Source: Alphaproteobacteria bacterium
Lineage (GTDB): Bacteria; Pseudomonadota; Alphaproteobacteria; GCA-2731375
Length of the DNA: 64,000 nucleotides
NCBI GenBank assembly: GCA_965225945.1
Contig: CBDDBZ010000039.1
Span: 320,001-384,000 of the forward strand
Reading direction: 5' to 3'
The notes under the pieces were generated by a model that saw only the letters and a list, made by a program, of their open reading frames with translations, ran no database searches and was not told the origin of the DNA. This document shows positions 62,171 through 64,000 of the stretch, in pieces (positions within the stretch are counted from its first letter, which is position 1; each line of letters opens with the position of its first letter). Made by a program: the position numbers and the translations under genes.

Positions 62171-62986
62171 TCACGTGCCAACCTTGAAGGGGCTCGTCAG
62201 GCCGCGCAGCGTGGCGATGACGCTCAAAGGTGTCAGCTTGCCGGTCGCCGGATTCTCCGTCGTCGGCACGCCCTCGATGGTCATCTCGAAGCGGCAGGCG
62301 TCACCCTCGAGCTTGACGGTGTGGGTGTTACGGTCGACCGTGGGATCGGCCCAGATCTCGATTCCAGTCCGCTCCGGGCCGATGCCGGCGAGGCTGAGCG
62401 CGGCGCCGACGTTGATGTTGGCCGGAAAGCCCGCCGCCGCCTCGCGCGCGGTGCCCTCGAACACCAGGGTCGGTTGCACCACCGCGTCGAGGTCGATGCC
62501 GCTCGCCGCGATGTGCGGCGCGCCTTTCAGGCCGCCGGGCGGCTTCCGCGTCACCAGGGTGACCGAATGGATCTCGCCCTCCGCCGCCGCGCGCACCGCG
62601 TCGAGGCCCAAAAGCGCCCCCGTCGGCACGATGATGCGGGCGCCGGTCTCGGCCGCGCGCCCGATCAGCTCCTCGTGGCCGAGCAGGGCGCCGACGCTCA
62701 ACGGCAGCAGGATCCGGCCCTGCTCGATCGCCGGGCGGGCGACCTCGGCGAAGCTGGCGGCGGGGATCGCTTCCACCACCACGTCCGCGACCTCGGCCAG
62801 CTCGGCGAGGCCCAGCACCGCCGGCGGCGCGCGCAAACCGGCGAGCTTGGCCGCCGCGCGGGCCCGGTCCCGGGCCGAGACGGCGACCAGGCGCAGCCCG
62901 GCCATGGGGGCGTCGAGCGCGCGGGCCACCGGCAGGCCGATGGCGCCGAGGCCGGCGACGGCGACCCGGAGCGCTTCACCGGCCAT
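62171..62986 (-). CDS. L-aspartate dehydrogenase (NadX-like)
   Basis: GLGAIG, SVGAL, GALLGLD, TRKPP, FPANINV, NPATG. Confidence 0.87.
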   Translation of the reverse strand: MAGEALRVAVAGLGAIGLPVARALDAPMAGLRLVAVSARDRARAAAKLAGLRAPPAVLGLAELAEVADVVVEAIPAASFAEVARPAIEQGRILLPLSVGALLGHEELIGRAAETGARIIVPTGALLGLDAVRAAAEGEIHSVTLVTRKPPGGLKGAPHIAASGIDLDAVVQPTLVFEGTAREAAAGFPANINVGAALSLAGIGPERTGIEIWADPTVDRNTHTVKLEGDACRFEMTIEGVPTTENPATGKLTPLSVIATLRGLTSPFKVGT

Positions 62987-62991
62987 CGCCG

Positions 62992-63795
62992 TCACTCCCC
63001 GGGCGCCACGTCGAGGCGATGGACGATGCCCTCCAGCTCCGGGCTCACCGCCGGATAGCGCGTCAGGATCAGCGGGTCGTGGCCCGGAATGATGTGCTTG
63101 TCCGTCTCGGCGAGACGCCTGAGCTTGTGATAGCCGGCCAGCATGTCGGCGACGCTGTAAACCACGGGGAAGGGCGAGGGCGTCTCCATGTTCTCGTAGA
63201 AATGCGCCGCATCGACGGCCAGCACCACCCAGCCGCGTTTGGTCATCACCCGGACGCATTGGATCCCCATGGTGTGGCCGCCGATCAGGTGCAGGCTGAT
63301 GCCGGGCGCGATCTCCTCGTCGCCGTCGTGGAAGGCGACCCGGCCCTCGAACAGGCAGTCGATCAGCGACTTCACATGGCCTGGGGAATAGGGATAGCGG
63401 AGCGGCGCCTCGCACATGTGGCGGCTGGTGGCGTAGCGCACCTCGAGATCTTGAATATGGAAGTTCGCCGCCGGGAAATGCTCGATGGTGCCGGCATGGT
63501 CGAAATGGAGGTGGCTGATGATCACGTCGGCCACCTGGGCGCTGTCGAGGTCCATCATCGCCAGGCCCTCGCGCGGCAGGCGGGTGATGACGCGGCCGCG
63601 CCGCTCGCCCTCCTGGTAATCGAAGCCGGTATCGACGACCAGTGTCCGGTTCTCGTTGCGGATGATCCAGACGAAGAAGTCGATCGGCATCGCCGTGTCG
63701 TGCGCGTCGGTCATGATGAAGTTCTGGTGGCGAAAGCGCTCCGCGATATGGGCGTAGCGGACGGCGAAGATTTCGTGGACTTCAGGGTCGGCCAT
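62992..63795 (-). CDS. N-acyl homoserine lactonase-like metallo-beta-lactamase fold protein
   Basis: VDTG, SHLHFDHAG, GGHTMG, VDAAH, PGHDP. Confidence 0.87.
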   Translation of the reverse strand: MADPEVHEIFAVRYAHIAERFRHQNFIMTDAHDTAMPIDFFVWIIRNENRTLVVDTGFDYQEGERRGRVITRLPREGLAMMDLDSAQVADVIISHLHFDHAGTIEHFPAANFHIQDLEVRYATSRHMCEAPLRYPYSPGHVKSLIDCLFEGRVAFHDGDEEIAPGISLHLIGGHTMGIQCVRVMTKRGWVVLAVDAAHFYENMETPSPFPVVYSVADMLAGYHKLRRLAETDKHIIPGHDPLILTRYPAVSPELEGIVHRLDVAPGE

Positions 63796-63857
63796 GGTGT
63801 CGGGGTCTCCTTGTCGAATCGCTTCGGTCGTCGACTTGGTTTCAACGGGCATTCATC

Positions 63858-63901
63858 GAGCTGTCATCAAGCTGTCATTGAGTTGTCATTGAGCTGTCAT
63901 T
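63858..63901 (+). promoter_or_regulatory. Four tandem 11-bp Pho-box-like units
   Basis: (C/T)TGTCAT at 63861, 63872, 63883 and 63894, 11-bp period. Confidence 0.65.
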
Positions 63902-64000
63902 GCGCCATCACGCCCGCGCCTCGCGTCACGTCCCGGGGGCCGAGCATGCGACGGTTCGCCGCTTCGATCAATTCCCTCCCCTGGCCACCCCGGGCGTTGG

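Overview
GC-rich alphaproteobacterial chromosome segment (Rhodospirillales-like gene content; taxon inferred from gene order, not searched) near the partitioning locus. 1030-11728 is a five-element nest with all termini and target-site duplications readable. An IS66 (ISBst12-type) carries an IS4, an IS21 and an IS630, and that IS21 is itself split by a second, unusual 4.1-kb IS21 with two extra coupled genes: a Cys-rich Zn-finger protein and a DUF3991/Toprim-like protein with a degenerate active site. Next come parB-parA-rsmG-mnmG-mnmE with three parS sites, two of them inside a 55-bp direct repeat. An accessory stretch follows: a broken cyclase-TPR gene, a GNAT toxin-antitoxin islet bounded by a duplicated gene 3' end, a MITE with a perfect 36-bp inverted repeat, orphan gspO/gspE and a CueR/CopA cluster. 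The rest holds maf-aroE-coaE-dnaQ, an ECF sigma/anti-sigma-vWA/large membrane protein operon, carA/yqeY, an Mla/MCE ABC system with a degenerate ATPase, a catabolic cluster and a tandem Pho-box-like array. Several recent-looking gene lesions (nonsense codons, tandem duplications, lost stops) are present. No rRNA, tRNA or CRISPR array was seen. Product calls come from motif recognition only.
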